64,000 nt of DNA from an uncultured Bacilli bacterium (lineage in GTDB: Bacteria > Bacillota_I > Bacilli_A > RF39 > UBA660). The stretch's first letter is position 1, and every line of letters begins with the position of its first letter. Below, in pieces: positions 40,604 to 49,740 of this stretch. The stretch is from contig CANQTT010000001.1 in the NCBI GenBank assembly GCA_947626855.1, positions 11,695 to 75,694 of the forward strand, in the 5' to 3' direction. The position numbers and the translations under genes are program-made. Below the pieces are notes generated by a model. The model made no database searches. It saw only the letters and a list, made by a program, of their open reading frames with translations, and was not told the origin of the DNA.

Positions 40604-41062
40604 TTATCTATTTTTTTCCAATTTTAACTCATATAATTTTGCCTTTAACATAACAGCTCGACAATATTGATTTTCAATAGAATAAAAAGATACTGGAACT
40701 TCTATTTTTTGATCATTTTGAAACTCAATGGTGGTTCCATAAAAATTAGCCTTATATCCTTTTATTTTATTAAGAGAAACCCATAAATTTTCACTATTTC
40801 GAACAGAACTAGTAGGAAAAAATATAAGATTTCTACTCTCCTCAATAATGATAGGAAATTTAGACTTAATTCCAGTTAAATATTTTGTTCCTTCACAACG
40901 ACCTCGGTAGCTACTTCCATAGAACTTACAGTTGTAATCAATAATTTTATGCACATTCTTGTTCACAACATATTCAACTTCTTCTTCATAGACTTTAGAA
41001 CAATTATCATCAATTGGTACGATTGCTAAAGTAGAAGAATTAATCTCATATTCCTCTAACAT
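40604..41062 (-). CDS. comK: ComK-family competence transcription factor homolog
   Basis: YEINSSTLAIVP, CKFYGSSYRGRCEGT, PIIIEESRNLIFFPT and EVPVSFYSIENQYCRAVMLKAKL align with B. subtilis ComK segments YEVNGATIAVLP, CRFFGSSYAGRKAGT, PIMVDPSNQIFLFPT and ELPISYNSFENQVYRTAWLRTKF. 152 aa, so it lacks the ComK C-terminal tail. Confidence 0.7.
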   Translation of the reverse strand: MLEEYEINSSTLAIVPIDDNCSKVYEEEVEYVVNKNVHKIIDYNCKFYGSSYRGRCEGTKYLTGIKSKFPIIIEESRNLIFFPTSSVRNSENLWVSLNKIKGYKANFYGTTIEFQNDQKIEVPVSFYSIENQYCRAVMLKAKLYELKLEKNR

Positions 41063-41165
41063 ACTACACCTCCACCTAATTCACAACGGAATAGCTCTCT
41101 TATACTCCTTCCACATATCGAAATTTGTTGAATTTTGTAGAAAAAGAACAAAAAAAAGACATATT

Positions 41166-42287
41166 TTAATATGTCCTAATAGGTACTATCAATTGAATTA
41201 ACTGATTGGTTTCCCCATCCGTAATGATGATAGGTCTAATTTCCCCATTGTATTTGATAGCAATTTCTTCACTATTAAATACTTTTACAGCATCCATCAT
41301 ATACTTTGAACTAAAAGCAATTTTGACATTTTCTTCAATTGGTTCTGACAAATCTACTTTTTCTTCAACGTTTCCAATCTCTGGAATATTAGAAGAAATA
41401 AGTAGATAATCCCCTTTGCTTTCTAGTTTTATGATATTTTTTTCTTCTTCATTCGTTAACAAAGAAGCTCGATCGATAGAGTTAAAGAAATTATTTAAAT
41501 TTACCCGAATCGTTGTTAAAAACTCCTCTGGAATTAATTTATTGGTATCTGGATAAGTACCATTAATTAATCTTGACATAATGATTAAACTACCAAAACT
41601 AAAAATAATTTTATTATTAAAGATATGTAACTCTAAGCTTTCATCATCACTATTTAATAATCTGACAACTTCCATTAAATTTTTAGCAGGCACAATAATG
41701 TTGATATCTTGATCTATTTTTTCGCCGAGTTCTATTTCTTTCCTAGCTAAACGATAAGAATCTGTTGCTGTACACTCAAACTTATTGCCTGTAATAATAA
41801 AGTTAATTCCCGTTAAAACAGGTCTAGATTCTTGAGTAGAGGTTGCAAATATTGTTTGATTAATCATGGTTTTAAAAGTTTGTTGATTTAAAATAATCGG
41901 ATTTTTACTGAATTCTAAATCTAGATTAGGAAATTCAGAGGCATTATTACAATTCAATTTAAAAGAAGAAGTATTGGTTGTTATTAATAATTGTGAGGAA
42001 ATGATTTCTTCTAAATTAATGGTTTCATTAGAAAGTTTTCTAATAATATCATAAATATATTTCCCAGAGACAACGATATCTCCTTTTTCTTCAATTTCCT
42101 CAATATCTTTGGCATCAATAAAAGTTTTAATAGCTATTTCATTATCCGTACTCATTAAATAAAGTCCTTCTGATTTTAAATCAAACTTTATACAATTGAG
42201 AATAGGAATTAAATTTTTAGAAGAAATTCCTTTAATAACGTAGTTTAAATGTTCCATTAATATTTTTTGTTTAATTTTTAATTTCAT
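41166..42287 (-). CDS. dnaN: DNA polymerase III beta sliding clamp
   Basis: Three-domain beta-clamp organisation with an MKLKIKQKIL start. dnaA-dnaN adjacency. Confidence 0.9.
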   Translation of the reverse strand: MKLKIKQKILMEHLNYVIKGISSKNLIPILNCIKFDLKSEGLYLMSTDNEIAIKTFIDAKDIEEIEEKGDIVVSGKYIYDIIRKLSNETINLEEIISSQLLITTNTSSFKLNCNNASEFPNLDLEFSKNPIILNQQTFKTMINQTIFATSTQESRPVLTGINFIITGNKFECTATDSYRLARKEIELGEKIDQDINIIVPAKNLMEVVRLLNSDDESLELHIFNNKIIFSFGSLIIMSRLINGTYPDTNKLIPEEFLTTIRVNLNNFFNSIDRASLLTNEEEKNIIKLESKGDYLLISSNIPEIGNVEEKVDLSEPIEENVKIAFSSKYMMDAVKVFNSEEIAIKYNGEIRPIIITDGETNQLIQLIVPIRTY

Positions 42288-42433
42288 AGTACTTGCTCTC
42301 CTTTATATTATTATTTTTATATATTATATTTATTATAGATGTGCATAGATGTGCATAACTTTGTTTTCCCCTTATAATAAAGGAAATAGTCTGTGTTGAT
42401 AATTATGAATTATGAACAAATTGTGCACATAGA
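42288..42433. other. oriC: oriC downstream element: DnaA-box variants and an AT-rich unwinding region between dnaA and dnaN
   Basis: Tandem GATGTGCATA GATGTGCATAA and TTGTGCACA (1-2 mismatches to TTATCCACA/TGTGGATAA), next to the AT-rich run TTATTATTTTTATATATTATATTTATTATA. Confidence 0.6.
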
Positions 42434-43786
42434 TTAATGAATTTTGTTGATAATTTTTTGAATTTCATTATTTAATGCTTCATCTTTTAAAATTTCATTT
42501 TTTATTTTTTCAACAGCGTGCATAACAGTGGTGTGATTTTTGCCGCCAAATTCAATTCCTATTTTAGTAAGGTTCTCTTCCAAATAAATTCTGCAGATAT
42601 ACATAGCAATCATCCTTGGAATAGCAATATTATTGGTTTTCTTTTTACTTTTTAAATCTTCAGCACTAATATTGTAATTTTCACTGACTAACTGGATAAC
42701 TTGATCGATTTTATTCTTTGCCACAAAAGAAATTACAAAGAAATCTTTTAATGCTTCCACCGCTAAATCAAGAGTAATATCTGATCCGTTCATAATGGTT
42801 GCATAGGCATAGACTCTCGTAACAGCTCCTTCTAATTTTCGAATATCCCCTACGCAGTTACTAGCAATATATTCTTTTACTTCTTCTGGGAAGGTATTGT
42901 CTTGTCCATGGAGCTCTATTTTCTTATTAATAATATTCATTCGAAGTTCAAATTCTGGTGGTAAAATATCAATTTGAAGTCCCCAATTAAATCTTGTCTT
43001 TAGTCTTTCCTCTAATTTTTTGATATCTTCTGGGGATCTATCAGAGGATATAATGATTTGTTTATTATTATTATATAATTCATTAAAGGTATTGAAGAAT
43101 TCTTGTTGAGCAGAAGTAGCTCCCACTAAATTGTGAATATCATCAATAATTAAAACATCCACATCGCGATATTTATTTTTAAATTGTTTAATAGATTCCA
43201 TATTGTTTTCATTCGCACTTTTTCTACAAATGTCAACAAAATCAGAAACAAAAGTATCGCAAGGAATATATAATACTTTCATTTTTTTATTATTTTCTAC
43301 AATAAAATTTCCAATGGCATGCATAAGATGTGTTTTTCCTAATCCACTAGATCCATAGATAAATAACGGATTATACATTTTTCCTGGTTGTTCTGCCACT
43401 GCAAGTGCGGAAGTAGCGGCAAATTTATTACTGTTACCAATTACGAAGTTATCGAATCGATAGCGATTATCAAGGTTACTTTCAAAATTACTAGCAGGAA
43501 TTCCAATTTCATCCGTATTTAAAACAATCTTATTTTCTAATTCTTCTTCTGTATAGAATTCAAAATTAAAGTTCGTACCAGTAACTTCTGTAAATTTCTC
43601 AATAATGTCGTCAATATAATTTTCTTTTAAATTCTTTTTATGGATATGGGAAGGTACTAAAACTTTAGCGATCCCCTCTTCTAATCCAATTAATTTTGTT
43701 TCCGAAAACCAAGTTTCATAAGAAATTTCTGATAAGACTTCCTTAATTTTTAACAGAAATAAATTCCACATATTCTCTAAATCCAC
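42434..43786 (-). CDS. dnaA: Chromosomal replication initiator DnaA
   Basis: AAA+ Walker A GSSGLGKTHL, box VII, and C-terminal DNA-binding domain with HTTVMHA. Confidence 0.95.
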   Translation of the reverse strand: MDLENMWNLFLLKIKEVLSEISYETWFSETKLIGLEEGIAKVLVPSHIHKKNLKENYIDDIIEKFTEVTGTNFNFEFYTEEELENKIVLNTDEIGIPASNFESNLDNRYRFDNFVIGNSNKFAATSALAVAEQPGKMYNPLFIYGSSGLGKTHLMHAIGNFIVENNKKMKVLYIPCDTFVSDFVDICRKSANENNMESIKQFKNKYRDVDVLIIDDIHNLVGATSAQQEFFNTFNELYNNNKQIIISSDRSPEDIKKLEERLKTRFNWGLQIDILPPEFELRMNIINKKIELHGQDNTFPEEVKEYIASNCVGDIRKLEGAVTRVYAYATIMNGSDITLDLAVEALKDFFVISFVAKNKIDQVIQLVSENYNISAEDLKSKKKTNNIAIPRMIAMYICRIYLEENLTKIGIEFGGKNHTTVMHAVEKIKNEILKDEALNNEIQKIINKIH

Positions 43787-44200
43787 ATAATCACCCCCAC
43801 TTTAAAGATTTTCTACCTATATTCTACACTATTTGCCTTAAAAAAAAAAGAAAATGTGGATAATTTTTAGGAATCTTTTTATCCACACAACTTTGCTTTG
43901 ATTTTTGAATTCAAAATGGAGTTATGCACATTTTTGTGTCTTTTTTATTCACAAACAATATTCTTTGTGAATTTTTTGTGCACAAATATGTGCATAAATG
44001 TGTATAACTAGGTATTTTATCGTAATTTTAATAGTAAAAAAATGTGCATAACTGAAAAATTATTCACAATCCTTTCGACAAATCTATTTTATGAACATTC
44101 TCTGAATGTGCATGATTTTTTCTCCCTTTCTCTAAAATTGTTTGACAAATAGGAAAAAAATCTATATAATTGATAAAGCAAAGAGGGATTTTATACAATT
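43787..44200. other. oriC: oriC upstream element: cluster of at least 10 DnaA boxes
   Basis: Perfect boxes TGTGGATAA (43855-43863) and TTATCCACA (43879-43887). Variants TTATGCACA, TTATTCACA (x2), TTGTGCACA, TGTGCATAA (x2), TGTGTATAA and TGTGCATGA. Confidence 0.8.
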
Positions 44201-44212
44201 GGAGGTGGAAAT

Positions 44213-44335
44213 ATGAAAAGAACTTATCAACCTAATAATCATAGAAAAAGTAAAAAAATGGGTTTTTTCGCTCGAATGGAAACAAATATTATCAATAATA
44301 GAAGAAAAAAAGGGCGTAAAGTATTATCTCATTAA
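44213..44335 (+). CDS. rpmH: 50S ribosomal protein L34
   Basis: [22 protein letters not shown]...GRKVLSH, 40 aa. GGAGGTGG RBS 6 nt upstream. Below the ORF-track size cutoff. Confidence 0.9.
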   Translation: MKRTYQPNNHRKSKKMGFFARMETNIINNRRKKGRKVLSH

Positions 44336-44337
44336 AT

Positions 44338-44361
44338 CCACTGATCGTCGGTGGTTTTTTT
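44338..44361 (+). terminator. Hairpin plus T-tract between rpmH and rnpA (terminator/attenuator)
   Basis: CCACTGA-TCG-TCGGTGG stem-loop followed by TTTTTTT. Confidence 0.45.
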
Positions 44362-44406
44362 ATTATAACATGGATATCCATATATAATATAGAAAGGGGC
44401 TTATAG

Positions 44407-44736
44407 ATGAAGAAAAAAAATATTTTAAAAAATAATTATGATTTTCAAAGAATTATTCATACCCAAAAGCCCTATCGATATAAGGATTATATTATTTATG
44501 TAGAAAGAACGAATAGTCTTCGTTATCATTTTGGAATTTCTGTTAGTAAAAAATTAGGAAATGCGGTTGTGAGAAATCGCTTAAAAAGGCAGATACGTTC
44601 TATTATTCACGAAAAAGACTATCAAAATAACTTTAATTGTATTATAATATTAGGCAAGGGAATTATAGGTAAAAATTATCAAGAGATGAAAATGAATTTA
44701 CTAGATGCCCTTGGAAAATTAAACTTATACCGTTAG
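44407..44736 (+). CDS. rnpA: Ribonuclease P protein component
   Basis: 109 aa, basic. RNR-like motif VVRNRLKRQIR. rpmH-rnpA adjacency. Confidence 0.85.
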   Translation: MKKKNILKNNYDFQRIIHTQKPYRYKDYIIYVERTNSLRYHFGISVSKKLGNAVVRNRLKRQIRSIIHEKDYQNNFNCIIILGKGIIGKNYQEMKMNLLDALGKLNLYR

Positions 44737-44745
44737 GAGGAAAAA

Positions 44746-45747
44746 ATGAAAAACAAAAGAATAGGACTAACTGTCTTATTAGTTGCTATTTTATGTTTAA
44801 CTGGTTGTACAAAGCAATTAAAAGGACCAGATGGAAAAGTAGTTACTAATAAAGATACAGGACAAGTGTTACCATCTAATATCTTGTGTCAGCCAACTGA
44901 TAAAGATATTATTCAGTTATATGAAGAGAACAAGGTAGCTTTAGAAAAAAAGTATAAGGAAGATTATGAAGCTGGAGATTTAAGCAAGAAAGATTATGAA
45001 AAGAAAATTGATAGTATTGTAGATGTAAAGGATTTTCCATCTTGTGATAAATTCACTATTTTAGGGGATGGAAATAGCGGATTATGGACAACTATTTTTG
45101 TAAGACCATTATCTTGGGTTTTAATTCATATCGGTGATTTTTTAGGAAATTATGGTTTAGCAATTATTTTTGTAACTTTATTAATTCGTTTAATCATGTA
45201 CCCTATTACGGTTAAGACCGCTCGTCAATCTGAGAATTTGAAGAAAGCAAAACCAGAGCTAGATAAGATTGATCAAAAATATAGAAATAAAACAGATCAA
45301 GACAGTATGAATCGTAAAGCTCAAGAGACCATGTTATTATATAAGAAATATAATATTAATCCTTTCTCAGGATGTCTATATAGTTTTATTCAAATTCCAT
45401 TATTCTTTGCTTTCTATGAAGCATTATATAGATTACCAGTTTTATTTGAAGATCATTTATTAGGTTTTGAAATGTCTATGTCCCCTGCTAAGGGAATCTC
45501 TTCTGGCAATTGGTTATATATCCTTTTACCAATCTTAGTCTTTTTAGCAACGTTATTCTCTTTCAAATTGAATAGTGGAGCAGGTATGAGTGGAGAACAA
45601 GCAAAACAGATGAAAATGACTATGAATATTATGAATATTTTAATCACAATCATGTCATTCTCAATGTCAACTGCAATTATTTTCTACTGGATAACGAATA
45701 ATTCCTTTACAATTATTCAAAATTTGATAGTGAAAAGGAGTAAGTAA
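44746..45747 (+). CDS. yidC: Membrane protein insertase YidC/SpoIIIJ (lipoprotein type)
   Basis: Lipobox LTGC after the signal peptide. Five-TM 60 kDa inner-membrane insertase core. Follows rnpA. Confidence 0.85.
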   Translation: MKNKRIGLTVLLVAILCLTGCTKQLKGPDGKVVTNKDTGQVLPSNILCQPTDKDIIQLYEENKVALEKKYKEDYEAGDLSKKDYEKKIDSIVDVKDFPSCDKFTILGDGNSGLWTTIFVRPLSWVLIHIGDFLGNYGLAIIFVTLLIRLIMYPITVKTARQSENLKKAKPELDKIDQKYRNKTDQDSMNRKAQETMLLYKKYNINPFSGCLYSFIQIPLFFAFYEALYRLPVLFEDHLLGFEMSMSPAKGISSGNWLYILLPILVFLATLFSFKLNSGAGMSGEQAKQMKMTMNIMNILITIMSFSMSTAIIFYWITNNSFTIIQNLIVKRSK

Positions 45748-45749
45748 TA

Positions 45750-46346
45750 ATGATTAAGGTGTATAGTTATGAAGCAACCGATGAAGAGACTTGTTATGAA
45801 AAATGTATAGAAGATTTAGATGTATATAGTTCTGATTTGTTAGTAGAGTCTTCTGAAACAGAAGGTAGTTATCACATGAATGTGGTAAAAAAAGAAGATG
45901 TTATGAACTTTATTAGAGAGTATATTCAAACAATTGGGAAAATGATGGGAGTAGATATTCAATTAGAGGTAAGAGAAGATGAAGAGTTTTTCCTAGTTAC
46001 TATGGTATCTAATAATAATCCAATTTTAATTGGTAAGGATGGTCGGACAATGACTGCTCTTCAACTTTTGGTAAGACAAGCCTTACAGACGCAAACTGGT
46101 TTTTCTATCAAAGTAAATTTAGATGCCTCTAATTATCGAGCAAAGAAAGTAAAAAGATTTGAATATGAAATAAAAAATATTGTAAGAGAAGTTCAAAAAA
46201 CGAAAACAGATGCGAAACTAGATCCTATGAATTCTTATCAGAGAAGAATTGTTCATTCTCTATTGAGTGATTTTAATAATGTAACAACGGAAAGTGTTGG
46301 TGAAGAACCAAATCGTTGTGTTGTCATCAAGTACATAGGAAACTAA
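45750..46346 (+). CDS. khpB: Jag/KhpB RNA-binding protein (KH plus R3H)
   Basis: C-terminal R3H motif NSYQRRIVHSLL. Conserved position after yidC. Confidence 0.8.
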   Translation: MIKVYSYEATDEETCYEKCIEDLDVYSSDLLVESSETEGSYHMNVVKKEDVMNFIREYIQTIGKMMGVDIQLEVREDEEFFLVTMVSNNNPILIGKDGRTMTALQLLVRQALQTQTGFSIKVNLDASNYRAKKVKRFEYEIKNIVREVQKTKTDAKLDPMNSYQRRIVHSLLSDFNNVTTESVGEEPNRCVVIKYIGN

Positions 46347-46422
46347 AAGAAAGAGTAAATTCTTTCTTTTTGTGTGATATACTAAGAAAGAAATTTTAAA
46401 AATAGAAAGAAAAGGGATATTT

Positions 46423-47397
46423 ATGAGTTTTATAGAGGAAATAAAAACTGCAGCAAAACAAAGAGGTAAAAGAATTGTTTTACCTGAGGCAATGGATGAA
46501 AGAGTTGTCGATGCAGCCGTTATTGCCCAGCAAGAAGGAATTGCGAAAATAATTTTAATAGGAAAACCATGTAAAGATATTTCTTTAGATGGAATGGAAT
46601 GTATTTTGCCAGAAGAGGATAGTCGATTAGAACTATTTATTGATCAATTGTATGAACTTCGTAAAGAAAAAGGAATGACGAAAGAAGAAGCAAAAAGATA
46701 CCTTCTTACAGATTCCATGTATTTTGCTTGTATGTTAGTAAAATTAGGTTATGCCGATGGAATTGTGAGTGGTGCTTGTCATTCTACTGCAAATACGCTT
46801 CGTCCATCTCTTCAAATTCTTAAGACGAAACCTGGAGTTAAATTAGTATCTTCTTTTATGTTAATGATTGTCCCAAATTGTAGTTATGGAGAAAATGGTA
46901 CTTTTTTATTTTCAGATTGTGGTTTAGAGCAAAATCCAACTTCAGAAAAATTAGCGGCTATAGCTGGTAGTAGTGCTTTAAGTTTTCAAAATTTAGTCCA
47001 TAAAGAACCAAAAGTAGCTTTCCTTTCTCACTCTAGTAAGGGAAGTGCGAGTCACCCAGATGTCGATAAAGTAAAAGAAGCATTAGAAATTGCTCAGAAA
47101 GAGTATCCACAATACGAAATGGATGGTGAATTACAATTGGATGCTGCCATTGTTCCGGAAGTAGCAGCTAGTAAAGCTCCTAATAGCTCTGTAGCTGGGA
47201 AAGCCAATGTTTTAATTTTTCCTGATTTGGATGCTGGTAATATTGGTTATAAGTTAGTACAACGTTTAGCGAAAGCAGAAGCCTATGGACCTATTACGCA
47301 AGGAATGTCTAAGCCAGTTAATGATTTATCACGAGGTTGTTCAAAAGAAGATATTGTAGGAGCGATTGCCATTACAGCTCTTCAAGTAGAGGAATAA
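46423..47397 (+). CDS. pta: Phosphate acetyl/butyryl-transferase
   Basis: Family motifs LPEAMDERV, SGACHSTANTLRP and NDLSRG. 324 aa short form. Confidence 0.7.
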   Translation: MSFIEEIKTAAKQRGKRIVLPEAMDERVVDAAVIAQQEGIAKIILIGKPCKDISLDGMECILPEEDSRLELFIDQLYELRKEKGMTKEEAKRYLLTDSMYFACMLVKLGYADGIVSGACHSTANTLRPSLQILKTKPGVKLVSSFMLMIVPNCSYGENGTFLFSDCGLEQNPTSEKLAAIAGSSALSFQNLVHKEPKVAFLSHSSKGSASHPDVDKVKEALEIAQKEYPQYEMDGELQLDAAIVPEVAASKAPNSSVAGKANVLIFPDLDAGNIGYKLVQRLAKAEAYGPITQGMSKPVNDLSRGCSKEDIVGAIAITALQVEE

Positions 47398-47454
47398 GTT
47401 ATTATTCCTTTTTTGTTAGGAATATGTTAAAATCAAGGAAGTTGAGGTGATAGT

Positions 47455-48807
47455 ATGAAAGATACGATAGCTGCTATTTCAACTGCTTTAGGAGTAGGTG
47501 CTATTTCAATTATTCGTGTCAGTGGAGAAGATAGTATCTCTATTGTTCAAAAAATATGGAAAGGTAAAAATTTAGAAGAAGTTCCAACGCATACCATTCA
47601 TTATGGATATATATATGATAAAGAAGAATTAATAGATGAAGTGTTAGTTTCTGTTATGAAAGCTCCTAAAACATTTACGAAAGAGGATATCATTGAAATC
47701 GATTCTCATGGAGGAATTTCTACCACCAATCGTATTTTAGAATTACTATTAACAAATGGGTGTCGTCTAGCGGAACCTGGTGAATTTACCAAAAGAGCTT
47801 TTTTAAATGGTCGGATTGATTTAATAGAAGCCGAAGGTGTTATGGATTTAATTTCTTCGAAAACAGATAAATCTCGTTCTTTAGCCCTTTCGCAAATGAC
47901 GGGAAATGTCTCTTCTATGATTCATTCTCTAAGAAAATCGTTAGCTGATGTTATTGCTAACATCGAAGTAAATATTGATTATCCAGAATATGAAGATATT
48001 GAAGTTGTGACCATTGAAAAAATAAAAGAAAGTGTTTCTTATGTCAAAAAAGAAATTCAGAATATCTTAAAGAGATCGGAAACAGGTTCTATTATTAAAG
48101 AAGGGATTCAAACTGTTATCGTAGGAAAGCCAAATGTAGGAAAAAGCAGTATATTAAATCGATTATTAGAGGAAGAAAAAGCTATTGTGACGGAAATAGC
48201 TGGGACAACGAGAGATATTGTAGAGGGCGATGTTTCTATTGATGGAATTCTTTTTCATATGATAGATACAGCAGGAATTCGAAAAACAGATGATAAAGTA
48301 GAAAGTATTGGTGTTCAAAAGAGTTTAGAGTGGATTGAAAAGGCAGATCTTGTTTTATTCGTTTTAAACAATGGAGAGGAATTAACAGACGAAGAAAAAA
48401 TATTGCTCAAAAAAGTGCAAGAAAAAACATCTATCCTTATTATTAATAAGATAGATTTAGAAGAAAAGTTATCCCTCCCCTCTCTTTCTCTTCCCATCGT
48501 ACGGATTTCCGCTTTAGAAAATGATGGTATTGACAAGTTAAGAAAAGAAATTCAAAGATTATTTCATTTAGAAGAAATAGAGACTAGCGATTATAATTAT
48601 CTAAGTAGTGCTAGAAGTATTTCCTTATTAAAACAGTGTCTTTCTTCTCTTGATTCCCTTGAAATAGGACTTCAGAAAACTTATCCAGTTGATATGTTGG
48701 AAATCGATTTAAAAACAATATGGAATCTTTTGGGAGAAATAATTGGCGAAACTTATAGTGACGAATTAATAGACAATATATTTAGTCGTTTTTGTCTAGG
48801 AAAATAA
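47455..48807 (+). CDS. mnmE: tRNA modification GTPase MnmE
   Basis: G-domain motifs GKPNVGKSS, DTAG and NKID. C-terminal CLGK (the CxGK motif). Confidence 0.9.
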   Translation: MKDTIAAISTALGVGAISIIRVSGEDSISIVQKIWKGKNLEEVPTHTIHYGYIYDKEELIDEVLVSVMKAPKTFTKEDIIEIDSHGGISTTNRILELLLTNGCRLAEPGEFTKRAFLNGRIDLIEAEGVMDLISSKTDKSRSLALSQMTGNVSSMIHSLRKSLADVIANIEVNIDYPEYEDIEVVTIEKIKESVSYVKKEIQNILKRSETGSIIKEGIQTVIVGKPNVGKSSILNRLLEEEKAIVTEIAGTTRDIVEGDVSIDGILFHMIDTAGIRKTDDKVESIGVQKSLEWIEKADLVLFVLNNGEELTDEEKILLKKVQEKTSILIINKIDLEEKLSLPSLSLPIVRISALENDGIDKLRKEIQRLFHLEEIETSDYNYLSSARSISLLKQCLSSLDSLEIGLQKTYPVDMLEIDLKTIWNLLGEIIGETYSDELIDNIFSRFCLGK

Positions 48808-48872
48808 GAAGAGTTTGATTTGACAAGAAAGAAAATGTGATATACTATTATTAGTAGAAATGAGGGAAGATA

Positions 48873-49622
48873 ATGGAAAATCTTGAAAATCAAGTAGCTA
48901 ATCAAACACAACCAAAATTAGAGCCTGTTGATTCAGAGACAAAAAAACAAGCAATGAAATTATTTAATAGCTTGCTTTTAGATATTGATAAAAATTTTGA
49001 AGAATTAGCGTGGTGGATTCAAATTATTGATGATACCCAAAAAGAAGTTGAAAGCGAAATGAATGCTTATGAAACTGCTAATCCATTGATGGATGTTGAT
49101 TCTGCAGAATATAAAAAATATCTTCAATTCCAAGCTGATAGGAGTTTTCTTAGTCGTATAAAAGATATGATTTATGATAGAGTTTCTGAGAAAGTAACGG
49201 AAGAACAATATGATCAGTTTTTGCAATTAGTAGAGACACGTCCTGATATGTCTCATAATCAAGAAGTGCCGCAACATTTAGAATCAGAACTTTCAGCGGA
49301 GATGGAACTTCCAGATGTAGAGGTAAGTAGTAATCAAATAGAAGTTCCAGAAGTACATAGTGATTCAGTAGTAAGAACTCCACTTACCGATACTAATGCC
49401 CCTGCTACAGCACAAATTTCAGAATCAAAATTTCAAGATGAGGAATTGTCAGCGTTGTTCAAGCAAGGAATTGTGCACGAAGGCTCAGGTTACAGGGATA
49501 AAGATGGCATCCTTTGGATTAGTGAGGAAGAGTATCTAAATTTTTTAAGGGAACAGAATGATTCTTTCGAAAATGTTGAACTAGATGAATATGGAAATGG
49601 TTCTACAGGTAAAAGAATTTAG
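48873..49622 (+). CDS. Acidic hypothetical protein (249 aa) inserted between mnmE and mnmG
   Basis: ORF with its own spacing and an upstream GAGGGAAG RBS. No recognisable domain. Very acidic. Confidence 0.4.
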   Translation: MENLENQVANQTQPKLEPVDSETKKQAMKLFNSLLLDIDKNFEELAWWIQIIDDTQKEVESEMNAYETANPLMDVDSAEYKKYLQFQADRSFLSRIKDMIYDRVSEKVTEEQYDQFLQLVETRPDMSHNQEVPQHLESELSAEMELPDVEVSSNQIEVPEVHSDSVVRTPLTDTNAPATAQISESKFQDEELSALFKQGIVHEGSGYRDKDGILWISEEEYLNFLREQNDSFENVELDEYGNGSTGKRI

Positions 49623-49740
49623 TACAATTTGAGAGAATATAGAATTCTCTCTTTTTTTATTAAGGAAAAAGAAAAAAATGTTGGTTGTGAAAAAATATTT
49701 TCTGTATTATAATAGGAAAGATGAAATGTGGTGAAAGTCT

